Source of the DNA: Rhodanobacteraceae bacterium | GTDB taxonomy: Bacteria > Pseudomonadota > Gammaproteobacteria > Xanthomonadales > SZUA-5 | Length of the DNA stretch: 64,000 nt | Direction of reading: 5' to 3' | NCBI GenBank assembly: GCA_031425695.1 | Contig: JANPJV010000314.1 | Coordinates: forward strand, 2,293-66,292 | Shown: one piece after another, positions 1-8,716 of the stretch | Numbering within the stretch: the stretch's first letter is position 1 | Layout: each line of letters opens with the position of its first letter | Translations under genes and position numbers: made by a program | Notes under the pieces: model-generated | Database searches by the model: none | What the model saw: only the letters and a program-made list of their open reading frames with translations | What the model was told of the DNA's origin: nothing

Positions 1-35
1 CGCCCAGAAGTCTGCAAACGTGCCCAGCAACGCGC

Positions 36-1199
36 TCAAGCGAATGCCCCAGGCCTACGCGGATAAGCCTGCATCGGCAACACTTCCTGCGCGTTTACGC
101 GCGACAGTATCAACAGCAGTGCGCCGAGCAGGAGCGCGGCCACCCCGTTATGCGCGGTCGCGGTCCACAACGGCAATTGGTAGACGACATTGCTGATGCC
201 GAGGGCAATTTGCAGTGCCAACAAAAACACCAGGGCGCCGGCGAGTCGACGTTCGTTGCCGAGGGCCAACAGGCGCAGGATCAATGCGCCCACGGCCAGC
301 AGGACAAGCAACGCGCCGACGCGATGAGTCCAGTGAATCGCGGCGCGCGCCGCACCATCGAGGATGCCGCCCTCGTAGTTGACGCCGATCTCGCGAAACA
401 GGACGAAGCCCTCGGCGAAGCCGTCCTGGGGCACCCAGCGTCCCAGGCAAGTCGGAAAATCGGGACACGAGAGTGCCGCGTAGTTGGTGCTGGTCCAGCC
501 ACCCAGAAAGATCTGCAGGCACAGGACAATGAGCGCACCTACGACCCACGGGCGCGGGATCGCCAGAGCCCGTTGCGGGGCCGCCAGCCGCAGCGCTGCC
601 CACAGCAGCAGGCTGAAGGTGGCCAGCCCGCCGAGCAGATGGGCAGTGACGATGATCGGTTTCAGCTTGAGCGTGACCGTCCACATCCCGAGCATGGCCT
701 GGAAGATGATCAGGCCGAGCGTCGCGGTCAGCACCCCTGCGGGAGCTGGTTCGCGCACGAGGACAGCCCCCCCGAAGGGCAGCGCAACTGCCATGCATGC
801 AGCCAGCAGCGCCAGGCTATCGGCACCGCTGCGATTGAGCGCAATCGCGGCAATCGCCATGCCTGCCGATCCCAGCACGCAGCCGCGCGCGCCGCGCGAT
901 CCCGCCGTCGCTCCCCACGCCAGTGCCAACACCAGCAGCCCGAGCGTGCCGGCAAAAAAGCGATGGACCATTTCCTTCCCGGCTTTCGGGGTTTCCACCG
1001 CACGCTCAGGGAACGCCAGGTTCGCCTTGGCGATCTCGGCGTCCGAATTGGGCCAGGTGGCATGTCCGTAGCAGCCCGGCCAGTCCGGACAGCCGAGGCC
1101 CGCATGGCTGAGGCGCACGTAGGCCCCGAGCACGACCACCATGAAGGTCAGCGCGACCGCCGCCCAGGCCAGCCGGCGCATGAAGCTCGAATGGATCAT
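36..1199 (-). CDS. ctaA: heme A synthase (COX15/CtaA family)
   Basis: Track ORF 36..1493(-). The recognisable part starts MIHSSFMRRLAWAAVALTFMVVVLGAYVRLSHAGLGCPDWPGCYG (CtaA N-terminal Cys pair) and is polytopic. Start trimmed to ATG 1199, which forms an ATGA overlap with the stop of ORF 1196..1717. The upstream 98 codons are Arg/Gly-rich shadow sequence. Confidence 0.85.
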   Translation of the reverse strand: MIHSSFMRRLAWAAVALTFMVVVLGAYVRLSHAGLGCPDWPGCYGHATWPNSDAEIAKANLAFPERAVETPKAGKEMVHRFFAGTLGLLVLALAWGATAGSRGARGCVLGSAGMAIAAIALNRSGADSLALLAACMAVALPFGGAVLVREPAPAGVLTATLGLIIFQAMLGMWTVTLKLKPIIVTAHLLGGLATFSLLLWAALRLAAPQRALAIPRPWVVGALIVLCLQIFLGGWTSTNYAALSCPDFPTCLGRWVPQDGFAEGFVLFREIGVNYEGGILDGAARAAIHWTHRVGALLVLLAVGALILRLLALGNERRLAGALVFLLALQIALGISNVVYQLPLWTATAHNGVAALLLGALLLILSRVNAQEVLPMQAYPRRPGAFA

Positions 1200-1717
1200 T
1201 CTCCGACCTTGCTCCAGCGCAGCAGGTGGGCGACGTCCTTGCGCACGTCGGTGGGCTCGGCATTTGCGGCGTAACGCAGCATGGCGTTGCCGAGCGGATC
1301 GACCAGCACGCTCTCGCCGGGCGCCAGCGCCAACGGTGATGCACTCGCCGGTTCCCAGGCGTGCCAGATCGTCCCCAGCGCAGGATGCTGCGGCGCCGCC
1401 CAGGCCACCATCTGCACCCGGTCCATCTTCTTGCCCTGGGCTTCGCGAATATGGCCGAGCAGCGTCAAGCGGCGCTGGCAATCGGCCGCGCATGCGTCTG
1501 GAAAGCGCACCAGCACGGTCCAGCGCTTGCCATTGTTGAAGAGTGTCGTGGCGCCCGCATCGGCCGTCATCGGCAGCACCGGCTCGATCAGTGTCCCACG
1601 GTTGCGCGTTTCTCCCGGATTCCAGTGGAACCAGCTGGTCTGCAGCAGGATCGCGATCAGGGCAGGCAGGGCGAAGGCCGCGATGATCAGCAGCAGTTGG
1701 ACGCGGCTCTTACTCAT
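1196..1717 (-). CDS. membrane-anchored protein of the cytochrome oxidase assembly cluster, function unknown
   Basis: 173 aa with an N-terminal TM anchor (LLLIIAAFALPALIAILL). Translationally coupled between SURF1 and ctaA. No family recognised with certainty. Confidence 0.6.
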   Translation of the reverse strand: MSKSRVQLLLIIAAFALPALIAILLQTSWFHWNPGETRNRGTLIEPVLPMTADAGATTLFNNGKRWTVLVRFPDACAADCQRRLTLLGHIREAQGKKMDRVQMVAWAAPQHPALGTIWHAWEPASASPLALAPGESVLVDPLGNAMLRYAANAEPTDVRKDVAHLLRWSKVGE

Positions 1718-2444
1718 TGCTCGGGGTCAGCTCGGGTCGGTCGCCCCGGCGCAGATCGCGCCAGGCGAGGGTCAAGTAGATGAGGACGACCGCAAGCGCC
1801 AGTGCAAACCACTGCAATGCATAGCCGCGATGTCGTTCAGGCGGCAGCATCCCGGCGCGGATGCTGGTCGCACTGCGGGCGTGTCGGTCTTCGAGAATCA
1901 AGTCTAGCAGCGGTACGCCGAGGCGCTGCTCGATCGCAGCGATATCCATGCGGGTCATCAGCCACGGCCAGTCGGCGGCGGCGCTCGCGCCCAATGCGAG
2001 CCCCGCCCCCGGCGGATCCACCAGCATCCCTTCGAGCGCGCCATCGTTGAGGCCGGTGCTGGCCTGGGGTGGCGCGCTGGCGCGATCGGGCCAGGGCAGC
2101 CAGCCCAGGTCGACCAGTACGGCGCGGTCGTCGTCCTCGATCAGGAAAGGCACATAGGCGCGCACGCCGGGCTTGCCCTCGCGCAGCTGGTTGTCGAGCA
2201 GGATCTGCTTGCCCGCATCGAACCGCCCTTGAATGCGCACGGCGCGAAAGCGCAATCCTGCACCGTCCCGCTCCGCGCTGGCCAATGGAAGCAATGGAGC
2301 CGCGAGCGCGGATTCGATCCCGGCGAGCAGGCGCTCCTTCTCTACCGCACGCTCGAGCTGCCAGAAGCCGATGCGTGAAAGCCCGGCTGCGCACAGGGCG
2401 GCGAGCAGGCCAAACGCAAGGAGCAGACGATTCTTTGGGCTCAT
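1710..2444 (-). CDS. SURF1 family cytochrome oxidase biogenesis protein
   Basis: 244 aa with an N-terminal TM plus FWQLERAVEKERLL and a C-terminal TM (YALQWFALALAVVLIY), matching SURF1 topology. Located in the cox cluster. Confidence 0.8.
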   Translation of the reverse strand: MSPKNRLLLAFGLLAALCAAGLSRIGFWQLERAVEKERLLAGIESALAAPLLPLASAERDGAGLRFRAVRIQGRFDAGKQILLDNQLREGKPGVRAYVPFLIEDDDRAVLVDLGWLPWPDRASAPPQASTGLNDGALEGMLVDPPGAGLALGASAAADWPWLMTRMDIAAIEQRLGVPLLDLILEDRHARSATSIRAGMLPPERHRGYALQWFALALAVVLIYLTLAWRDLRRGDRPELTPSNE

Positions 2445-2521
2445 TCGCGCCGACCGGGTCTTGCAATACGAGGGCGTATCCTCAATTCACCCAGGACCGG
2501 CACTCGCTCGAAGGCATTTCA

Positions 2522-2749
2522 ATGCTCAAGCTCGGCATCATTCTGTATTTCGGATTCATCGTCTACAACCTCGCGGCGGGCGGTTATTACATGCTCACCG
2601 ACAAGGGCAAGTCCGAGCGCGTGGTAAAGGCGCTGACCTGGCGCATCGGTCTGTCGATCTTGCTGATCGTACTGATTGCCGCTGGCGTGTACAGCGGCGT
2701 CATCGAACCGAGCGGGCTGGGGCCGTACGCCGAGAAGCCGGGGAGCTAA
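2522..2749 (+). CDS. twin-transmembrane small protein (DUF2909-like)
   Basis: 75 aa starting at ATG 2522 inside track ORF 2069..2749. Two TM helices (LGIILYFGFIVYNLAAGGYYML and WRIGLSILLIVLIAAGVY). This is the typical small divergent gene of cox clusters. Confidence 0.6.
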   Translation: MLKLGIILYFGFIVYNLAAGGYYMLTDKGKSERVVKALTWRIGLSILLIVLIAAGVYSGVIEPSGLGPYAEKPGS

Positions 2750-2857
2750 CGTAGGTCATGTTGCCCGCGCACGCGGGCTACTTGACGGCTTTTTCGGCCC
2801 AACGCTGGCGTCAAGTAGCCCGCCTTCGCGGGCTGCTTGACCTACAAAAAGCGCTCG

Positions 2858-3727
2858 TCAAAGTACGTAGACGAACACGAACAATCCCAGCCAAACCACG
2901 TCGACGAAGTGCCAGTACCAGGCCACGCCTTCGAAGGCGAAGTGGTGTTCCTTGGTGAAATGGCCCTTGATGCAGCGGAACAGGATCACGATCAGCATGA
3001 TCGTGCCCAGGGTCACGTGCATGCCGTGGAAGCCGGTGAGCATGAAGAAGGTGCTCCCGTAGATGCCGGCGCCCAGCGTCAGGCCGAGTTCGTTGTAGGC
3101 GTGCATGTACTCGATCACCTGCCAGTACAGGAAGATCACGCCGAGGATGATGGTCGCGGCCATCCAGAAAATCAGTGCGCGGCGCTGGCCGAGCTTGAGC
3201 GCCCAGTGCGCGAGCGTGATGGTCAGGCCCGAGGTCAACAGCAACAGCGTGTTGAGCAGCGGAATGCCCCAGGCCGACAAGGTCTGGAAAGCGCCGCCGA
3301 GCTGTCCGGGGCCATTGGTCGGCCACGCAGCGACGAAGCCTGAATGCAGCAACTGGTTGGTCGAGAAGCCGTCGCCGGCGCCACCGAGCCATGGCACCGA
3401 GAGGATCCGCGCGTAGAACAGGGCGCCGAAAAAGGCCGCGAAGAACATCACTTCGGAAAAAATGAACCAGACCATTCCCATGCGGAAGGAAGTGTCGACC
3501 TGGGCGTTGAACATCCCGGCCAGGCTCTCCTTGATCACCGCGCCGAACCAGCCGACCAGCATCACCACCAGCAGGATGAAGCCGGCGATGAACAGCGGGT
3601 TGCCCAAGGCCTTGTTGTCATTGAGCATCGATGCCGCGCCGGCCATGAACAGGAACAGCGCGACTGAACCGACAATCGGCCAGCGGCTGCCGTGCGGTAC
3701 GTAATAAGCGCCAGCGGCTTGTTCCAT
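2858..3727 (-). CDS. coxC: cytochrome c oxidase subunit III
   Basis: 289 aa, about 7 TM helices, with conserved subunit III sequence through the C-terminus (WYWHFVDVVWLGLFVFVYVL). Confidence 0.95.
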   Translation of the reverse strand: MEQAAGAYYVPHGSRWPIVGSVALFLFMAGAASMLNDNKALGNPLFIAGFILLVVMLVGWFGAVIKESLAGMFNAQVDTSFRMGMVWFIFSEVMFFAAFFGALFYARILSVPWLGGAGDGFSTNQLLHSGFVAAWPTNGPGQLGGAFQTLSAWGIPLLNTLLLLTSGLTITLAHWALKLGQRRALIFWMAATIILGVIFLYWQVIEYMHAYNELGLTLGAGIYGSTFFMLTGFHGMHVTLGTIMLIVILFRCIKGHFTKEHHFAFEGVAWYWHFVDVVWLGLFVFVYVL

Positions 3728-3776
3728 AAAAACTTCCTTTGCGAAGGTCGGTCGGGCCGGTCAAGGCCCGGGCACG

Positions 3777-4361
3777 TCAATTGTCGAGATTATCGGCAAG
3801 GCCGGCATGCGATGCCAGCCGCCGCGTCGCCGGATCATTCCGGTAGAAGCTGTAGGACAGGGTGAGCACGTTCACGTTCGCCGGCAGCTCCGGGTCGATG
3901 ACGAAGCGCAGCGGCATGGCGCGCGTTTCGCCCGGGTCGAGCGGCTGTTCGGTGAAGCAGAAACACTCGGTCTTGTTGAAGTACATCGAGGCGCGATTTG
4001 GGGCCACGCTCGGAACTGCCTGGCCGACGATGCGCTCGCTGCTGTTGTTGGTGGCGTCGTAAAAGGCTTCCACGACCTGGCCCGGGTGCACCGTCATCGA
4101 GGACAGCCGCGGCGAGAAGCTCCAGGGCAAGCCCGCACGCACATTGCCGTCGAACTGCACGGTGATGCTGCGGGAGCGATCGATCGCGGTCTCGCGCGCT
4201 GCTGCGGTTGCCTGCGGTCCGGTCTTGCCGTTGATCCCGGTGATCTCGCAATAGATCGAATACAACGGGATCAGCGCGAAACAGAACACGAAGGAGGCCG
4301 CGCACGCGAGCAACACCCGGCGCACCAGCGCCCGGTGCCGCCGTGTCGTGGGCGCGCTCAT
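3777..4361 (-). CDS. ctaG: cytochrome c oxidase assembly protein CtaG/Cox11
   Basis: 194 aa with an N-terminal TM followed by the Cox11 copper-site motif (KTECFCFTEQ). Confidence 0.9.
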   Translation of the reverse strand: MSAPTTRRHRALVRRVLLACAASFVFCFALIPLYSIYCEITGINGKTGPQATAAARETAIDRSRSITVQFDGNVRAGLPWSFSPRLSSMTVHPGQVVEAFYDATNNSSERIVGQAVPSVAPNRASMYFNKTECFCFTEQPLDPGETRAMPLRFVIDPELPANVNVLTLSYSFYRNDPATRRLASHAGLADNLDN

Positions 4362-4498
4362 GACAGCATCCAGGCGCGCACGAAGATCGACGCGTACAGC
4401 ACGACCGCGATCACCACCAACACGGCGACGGTGCGGCGTACCGCCGGCCGGCGTGCCTCGGCAGCGGCTGCTGCCGGGCGATTGGGAGTCGTCGGCAC
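4358..4498 (-). CDS. small single-TM protein (cytochrome oxidase small assembly protein-like)
   Basis: Not in the track (46 aa). GTG 4498 is preceded by GAGG overlapping the coxA stop. Translation: VPTTPNRPAAAAAEARRPAVRRTVAVLVVIAVVLYASIFVRAWMLS. Its TGA overlaps the ctaG ATG (ATGA). Confidence 0.45.
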   Translation of the reverse strand: MPTTPNRPAAAAAEARRPAVRRTVAVLVVIAVVLYASIFVRAWMLS

Positions 4499-4505
4499 GG
4501 TCGCC

Positions 4506-6146
4506 TCAGTGGGTGATGTCGCCATGCGCGAGCATGGAATCGGTCACCTTCGGCGGGATCGAGAAGGTATGGAAGGGCGGCGGCGAAGGCAGCGTCCATT
4601 CCAGGCCATGCGCCCCTTCCCACACGCCCGGCGTGGCGCGCGCGCCTTTCTTCAGCACGCAGGTTTCGATCAGCAGCCAGACGAACAGCAACTGCGACAG
4701 ACCGAAGGCAAAGCCGCCGATGGACGAGATCATGTTGAAGTCGGCGAAGGCGACGTTGTAGTCCGGAATACGGCGCGGCATGCCGGCCAGGCCGAGGAAG
4801 TGCTGCGGGAAGAACAGCACGTTCACCGAGATCGTCGATGCCCAGAAATGCCATTTGCCGAGCGTCTCGTTGTACATGTGGCCGGTCCACTTCGGCAGCC
4901 AGTAATAGACCGCGGCCATGATCGAGAAGATCGCCCCGGTGACCAGCACGTAGTGGAAGTGCGCGACCACGAAGTAGGTGTCGTGATACTGGAAATCCGC
5001 CGGCACGATCGCGAGCATCAGCCCGGAGAAACCGCCCACCGTGAACAGCACCACGAAGGCGACCGCGAACAGCATGGGTGTCTCGAAAGTGATCGAGCCC
5101 TTCCACATGGTCGCCGTCCAGTTGAAGACTTTGACGCCGGTCGGCACCGCGATCAGCATGGTCGCGTACATGAAGAACAGCAGGCCACCGAGCGGCATGC
5201 CGACGGTGAACATGTGGTGCGCCCAGACGATGAATGACAGGAAGGCAATCGAAGCGGTCGCGTAGACCATCGCCTGGTAGCCAAACAGCGGCTTGCGCGA
5301 GAACGTCGGAATGATCTCGGACGCGATGCCGAAAGCCGGCAGGATCATGATGTAGACCTCGGGATGCCCGAAGAACCAGAAGATGTGCTGGAACATCACC
5401 GGATCGCCGCCGCCAGCTGCGTTGAAGAAGCTGGTGTCGAAGAACTTGTCGGTCAGCAGCATGGTCACCGAGCCCGCCAGCACCGGCATCACCGCGATCA
5501 GCAGGAAGGCGGTGATCAGCCACGTCCACACGAAGATCGGCATCTTCAGCAGATCGACGCCGGGCGCACGCAGGTTGAGGATGGTGGCAATGATGTTGAT
5601 CGCACCCATGATCGAGCTGATGCCCATCATGTGGATCGCGAAAATCACGAATGACACGTTGTTGCCGCCTTGGATCGACAGCGGCGGATAGAGCGTCCAG
5701 CCGCCGGCCGGGCCGCCGCCTTCCATGAACAGCGTCATCAGCAGCATGGTGAACGCGAACGGCAGGATCCAGAACGACCAGTTGTTCATGCGTGGCAACG
5801 CCATGTCCGGCGCGCCGATCATCATCGGGATCATCCAGTTGGCGAGGCCGACGAAGGCCGGCATCACCGCCCCGAAGATCATCACCAGCGCATGCATCGT
5901 GGTCATCGAGTTGAAGAACTGCGGCTCGACCAGCTGCAGCCCCGGCTGGAACAGCTCGGCGCGGATGACCAGCGCCATGCAGCCGCCGATCAGGAACATC
6001 ACCAGCGAAAAGATCAGATACAGCGTGCCGATGTCTTTGTGGTTGGTGCCCATGAACCAGCGGTCAAAAAAGCCGCTCGGCGCGTGGTTGTGATCGTCGT
6101 GATGATCGTCTGCGGCGTGGGCGCCGTATGACTGGGTTCCGGCCAT
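4506..6146 (-). CDS. coxA: cytochrome c oxidase subunit I
   Basis: 546 aa with heme-copper oxidase signatures (FWFFGHPEVYIMILPAFG, WAHHMFTVG, HFHYVL). Confidence 0.97.
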   Translation of the reverse strand: MAGTQSYGAHAADDHHDDHNHAPSGFFDRWFMGTNHKDIGTLYLIFSLVMFLIGGCMALVIRAELFQPGLQLVEPQFFNSMTTMHALVMIFGAVMPAFVGLANWMIPMMIGAPDMALPRMNNWSFWILPFAFTMLLMTLFMEGGGPAGGWTLYPPLSIQGGNNVSFVIFAIHMMGISSIMGAINIIATILNLRAPGVDLLKMPIFVWTWLITAFLLIAVMPVLAGSVTMLLTDKFFDTSFFNAAGGGDPVMFQHIFWFFGHPEVYIMILPAFGIASEIIPTFSRKPLFGYQAMVYATASIAFLSFIVWAHHMFTVGMPLGGLLFFMYATMLIAVPTGVKVFNWTATMWKGSITFETPMLFAVAFVVLFTVGGFSGLMLAIVPADFQYHDTYFVVAHFHYVLVTGAIFSIMAAVYYWLPKWTGHMYNETLGKWHFWASTISVNVLFFPQHFLGLAGMPRRIPDYNVAFADFNMISSIGGFAFGLSQLLFVWLLIETCVLKKGARATPGVWEGAHGLEWTLPSPPPFHTFSIPPKVTDSMLAHGDITH

Positions 6147-6186
6147 GGCAAAAGTGCTCCGCTAAGCTTTCAAAATAGGGGGAAGA

Positions 6187-7248
6187 TCAGCTGTTCTGCG
6201 GCGGCGTCGCGGCCGGCTCGGCAGTGGGCTCGACGGTCGGCTCGGCAGGCGCGGTGGCATCGGCCGGGGCGGCATTCGCATCCGCCGGAGCAGCCGTGTC
6301 GACCGGGGCGGCGGGATCGGGCAGTGCGTCCGTGCCGACCGGGGTGACGGCCGGGACCGGCACTGCATCTGGAACGGCTGGCGGCGCGGCGGTGTCGGTT
6401 GCTGCCGGCACGGCGGCGGGCGCCGGCAGCGGCGCGGCGGGTGTCGCCTGCGCAAGCTTCTGCTCACCCAGCCAAGTATCGAATTGTGCCCGCGGGACCG
6501 CTTCGACGACGATCGGCATGAAGCCGTGGTCCTTGCCGCAGAGCTCGGCGCATTGGCCGCGATACACACCCGGCTCGTTGATCTCGGTCCAGGCTTCGTT
6601 GATGAAGCCGGGAATTGCATCCTGCTTCCAGCCGAGCGCAGGAACCCACCAGGCGTGAATTACGTCATCCGCGGTGATCACGAAGCGGATCTTGGTGTTG
6701 GTCGGCAGCACCAGGCGCCGATCGACATCGAGCAGGTAGTTCTCGACCGTATGTGGGTCGATGCCGGAATTGAGCTGTCGAGCCTCGTTGGTCGCGGCAG
6801 TCAGCGAGCTGACGAAGTTGACGTCCTCCCCAAGGAATTCGTAGCGCCATTTCCACTGGTAGCCGGTGATCTTGACGGTGATCTCGGCGCCGCCGGTATC
6901 CGCCATCTTGACCAGCGTCCGCGTTGCCGGGAAGGCCATGGCGAGCAGGATCAGCACCGGGATCACCGTCCAGACGAGCTCGGCGGTGGTGTTGTGGCTC
7001 CAGTTCGCCGCGACAGCGCCCTTGGACTTGCGGAATTTCCAGGTCGAATAAAAGATCGCGCCGAACACGATGATGCCGATCACCACGCAGATCCACAGGA
7101 TCAGCATGTGCAATTGGTAGGCGTCCTGACTGGTGGCAGTCACCCCTGGCGTCATATTGAGCTGCCACCGCTCCGGATTGGCGAACGCCGGGGTCGCCAA
7201 GAGCGCGGTCAAACCGCTGCTGAGCCAGTGCTTCCATCCACGCTTCAT
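6187..7248 (-). CDS. coxB: cytochrome c oxidase subunit II with Pro/Ala-rich C-terminal tail
   Basis: 353 aa: signal peptide plus two TM helices, CuA motif CAELCGKDHGFM, then a ~90-aa PA-rich tail with no CXXCH. Confidence 0.95.
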   Translation of the reverse strand: MKRGWKHWLSSGLTALLATPAFANPERWQLNMTPGVTATSQDAYQLHMLILWICVVIGIIVFGAIFYSTWKFRKSKGAVAANWSHNTTAELVWTVIPVLILLAMAFPATRTLVKMADTGGAEITVKITGYQWKWRYEFLGEDVNFVSSLTAATNEARQLNSGIDPHTVENYLLDVDRRLVLPTNTKIRFVITADDVIHAWWVPALGWKQDAIPGFINEAWTEINEPGVYRGQCAELCGKDHGFMPIVVEAVPRAQFDTWLGEQKLAQATPAAPLPAPAAVPAATDTAAPPAVPDAVPVPAVTPVGTDALPDPAAPVDTAAPADANAAPADATAPAEPTVEPTAEPAATPPQNS

Positions 7249-7527
7249 GCCGTGTGTCCTTCTACAAAAGTTCTTGATGCTGGCCGGTCCGAGCGCTGAC
7301 GCGCATCAATGAGGATCCGGGTAATGAGCTTAAGCCGCCGGCCGCGCGCTCTCGCGCAAAGTCGACTGTGGGAGTAAAGCTCACTGCAGCACCAGATGTC
7401 GGCCGAGCCGGTGAGCTCTTGGACGGTTGCCTGGCTTGGCGCAGTGATAGGGCCCCCCGCTAACCGCTGAAGTCTAACTGCAGATGGGAGTCGGGTGCAT
7501 CCTTGACGGTTGAAGGATCGCGAGGTC

Positions 7528-7575
7528 GCTCCCCTCTCCCGTGCCTCTGGGGAGAGGGGCAGGGGGAGAGGGCGG
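7528..7575. repeat. REP-like palindromic element (GGGAGAGGGG type), left copy
   Basis: GCTCCCCTCTCCCGTGCCTCTGGGGAGAGGGGCAGGGGGAGAGGGCGG. The internal hairpin is CCCCTCTCC/GGAGAGGGG. It is a near-identical inverted copy of 50336..50379. Confidence 0.7.
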
Positions 7576-7628
7576 TTTTACTCGGCAGAAAGCGCCCTCT
7601 CCTGATCAGCCTTGAGATAAGTCTCACG

Positions 7629-7690
7629 TGGTATCGACATAAATGGGATTTGATGGTCGATTGTGGGACGTATCGAACAAGGGAAAAACG
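7629..7690. repeat. prophage left end with putative transposase-binding sites
   Basis: TGGTATCGACATAAATGGGA is terminal (site 7631-7648). A degenerate second copy, GTATCGAACAAGGGAA, lies at 7670-7685, followed by an A-rich CGAAAAG stretch reminiscent of Mu att sites. Confidence 0.5.
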
Positions 7691-7754
7691 AAAAGAGTTC
7701 GTAAGGGCGGAAAAAATTAGGCCCGAACTTTTGCGCAAAAGCGAACCTGAACGG

Positions 7755-7775
7755 ATGCGCCGTCGGACGGCGCAT
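7755..7775. repeat. 21-bp perfect palindrome ATGCGCCGTCGGACGGCGCAT (copy 1), possible terminator downstream of dam
   Basis: 10-bp arms around a central G, lying 29 bp downstream of the dam stop on the minus strand. The identical 21-mer occurs at 50217-50237. Including the upstream CTGAACNG, the match is 29 bp with 1 mismatch. Confidence 0.6.
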
Positions 7776-7803
7776 GATCGCACCGCCGACGGCCGGGCGT
7801 CGC

Positions 7804-8580
7804 TCAGCAGTTGATGCGGTAGATCAGCTCGCCGCTCGCCTTCTCGCGAGCCTTACCGACCTTCCCAACGGTGTACCGCAGGGCTGTCTCCACAACCGGG
7901 AAGCGGCGGAAGATACGGCGCATTTCGGGGTGGTCGTTGATGCTGAGCAAGGCCTTGCCCTGGAGCGTCGAGAACCGATCCGACAGAGCCTCGTACTCGT
8001 CGAGCCCGAAGGGCACGCCGTAGCCGGTGGTCTCCCAGTAGGGCGGGTCCAGGTAGAAGAGCGTGTGCGGCCGGTCGTAGCGACGAATGCAGTCACGCCA
8101 GGTCGAGGACTCCAGGTAAACCGACGAGAGCCGCATGTGGACGAGGGAAAGCTCCTCCTCGATCCGCAGCATGCTGAAGGGCTGAGGCGACGTTGTGGCA
8201 TAGCCGAAGGTGCGGCCCTCGACCTTGGCGCCGAAACAAAGACGCTGCAGGTAGTAGAACCGAGCCGCGCGTTGGATATCGGTCAGCGTTCGCGGGTCCT
8301 GGAGCTTTGCCCATTCGAACATCGTTCTGGAAACGAGAGCCCACCGGAACTGGCGAACGAACTCATCGAGGTGGTGCGCGACGCACCGGTAGAGGGTGAT
8401 CAAGTCGTCGTTGATGTCGTTCAGGACTTCGACCTTGGCTGGCTCGGGACGGCAAAAAAACAACCCGGCGCCGCCAGCAAAGGCTTCGACGTAGCAGTGA
8501 TGGGGTGGAAACAGCGGAAGGATGACTTTTGCGAGACGGCGCTTGCCGCCCGGCCACGGAATAAGGGGTTTCGGCTGCAC
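7804..8580 (-). CDS. dam: DNA N6-adenine methyltransferase (Dam/D12 class)
   Basis: 258 aa with N-terminal PWPGGKRRLAKVILPLFP and catalytic DPPY (FYLDPPYWETTGY). GTG start with a GAGGA Shine-Dalgarno. Confidence 0.85.
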   Translation of the reverse strand: MQPKPLIPWPGGKRRLAKVILPLFPPHHCYVEAFAGGAGLFFCRPEPAKVEVLNDINDDLITLYRCVAHHLDEFVRQFRWALVSRTMFEWAKLQDPRTLTDIQRAARFYYLQRLCFGAKVEGRTFGYATTSPQPFSMLRIEEELSLVHMRLSSVYLESSTWRDCIRRYDRPHTLFYLDPPYWETTGYGVPFGLDEYEALSDRFSTLQGKALLSINDHPEMRRIFRRFPVVETALRYTVGKVGKAREKASGELIYRINC

Positions 8581-8716
8581 TCAGGATGATCCTCGGCTAG
8601 CCTGGACTCGCCCGTGCACGGGTGGGGAGCCCTGGCCTGGTTCACCGGATCAACGGTGGATTGGGGCTCGCGTCGTCGTTAGCGCGGCGGCGCGGGCGCT
8701 CCTCTTCTCTTGCGGG

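Noticed and set aside
150-1274. Long ORFs antisense or out of frame to recognisable genes. Examples: 150..1274(+), 3807..5237(+), 30849..32855(-), 35776..37752(-), 45468..47096(-), 50335..52695(-), 7774..8589(+), 12424..13557(+).
   Set aside because: Their translations are Arg/Pro/Gly/His-rich, as is typical of wrong-frame reading in GC-rich DNA. Each is completely covered by a gene with clear family signatures on the other strand or frame.
7528-7575. The ~45-bp inverted copies at 7528 and 50336, considered as terminal inverted repeats of the mobile element.
   Set aside because: The sequence is of the GGGAGAGGGG hairpin type typical of host REP elements. The two copies are asymmetrically placed (53 bp versus 1 bp from the phage termini). 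The phage ends have their own repeated 10-mer, so this is better explained as a host REP doublet split by the insertion.
7747-7775. The 29-bp direct repeat (7747-7775 and 50209-50237), considered as attL/attR cores of an integrase-type prophage.
   Set aside because: No tyrosine or serine integrase is present, and the element encodes a Mu-type DDE transposase plus a B ATPase. The repeats lie about 100-120 bp inside the TG...CA termini. The core is a perfect palindrome sitting just downstream of the last gene of each outward operon, which fits a terminator or hairpin role better.
8421-8645. A 74-aa minus-strand ORF upstream of and overlapping dam, considered as a Com-like translational activator.
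   Set aside because: It overlaps dam by about 160 nt in another frame, has an Arg/Pro/Ser-rich shadow-like composition, and lacks the Cys4 zinc-ribbon expected of Com.
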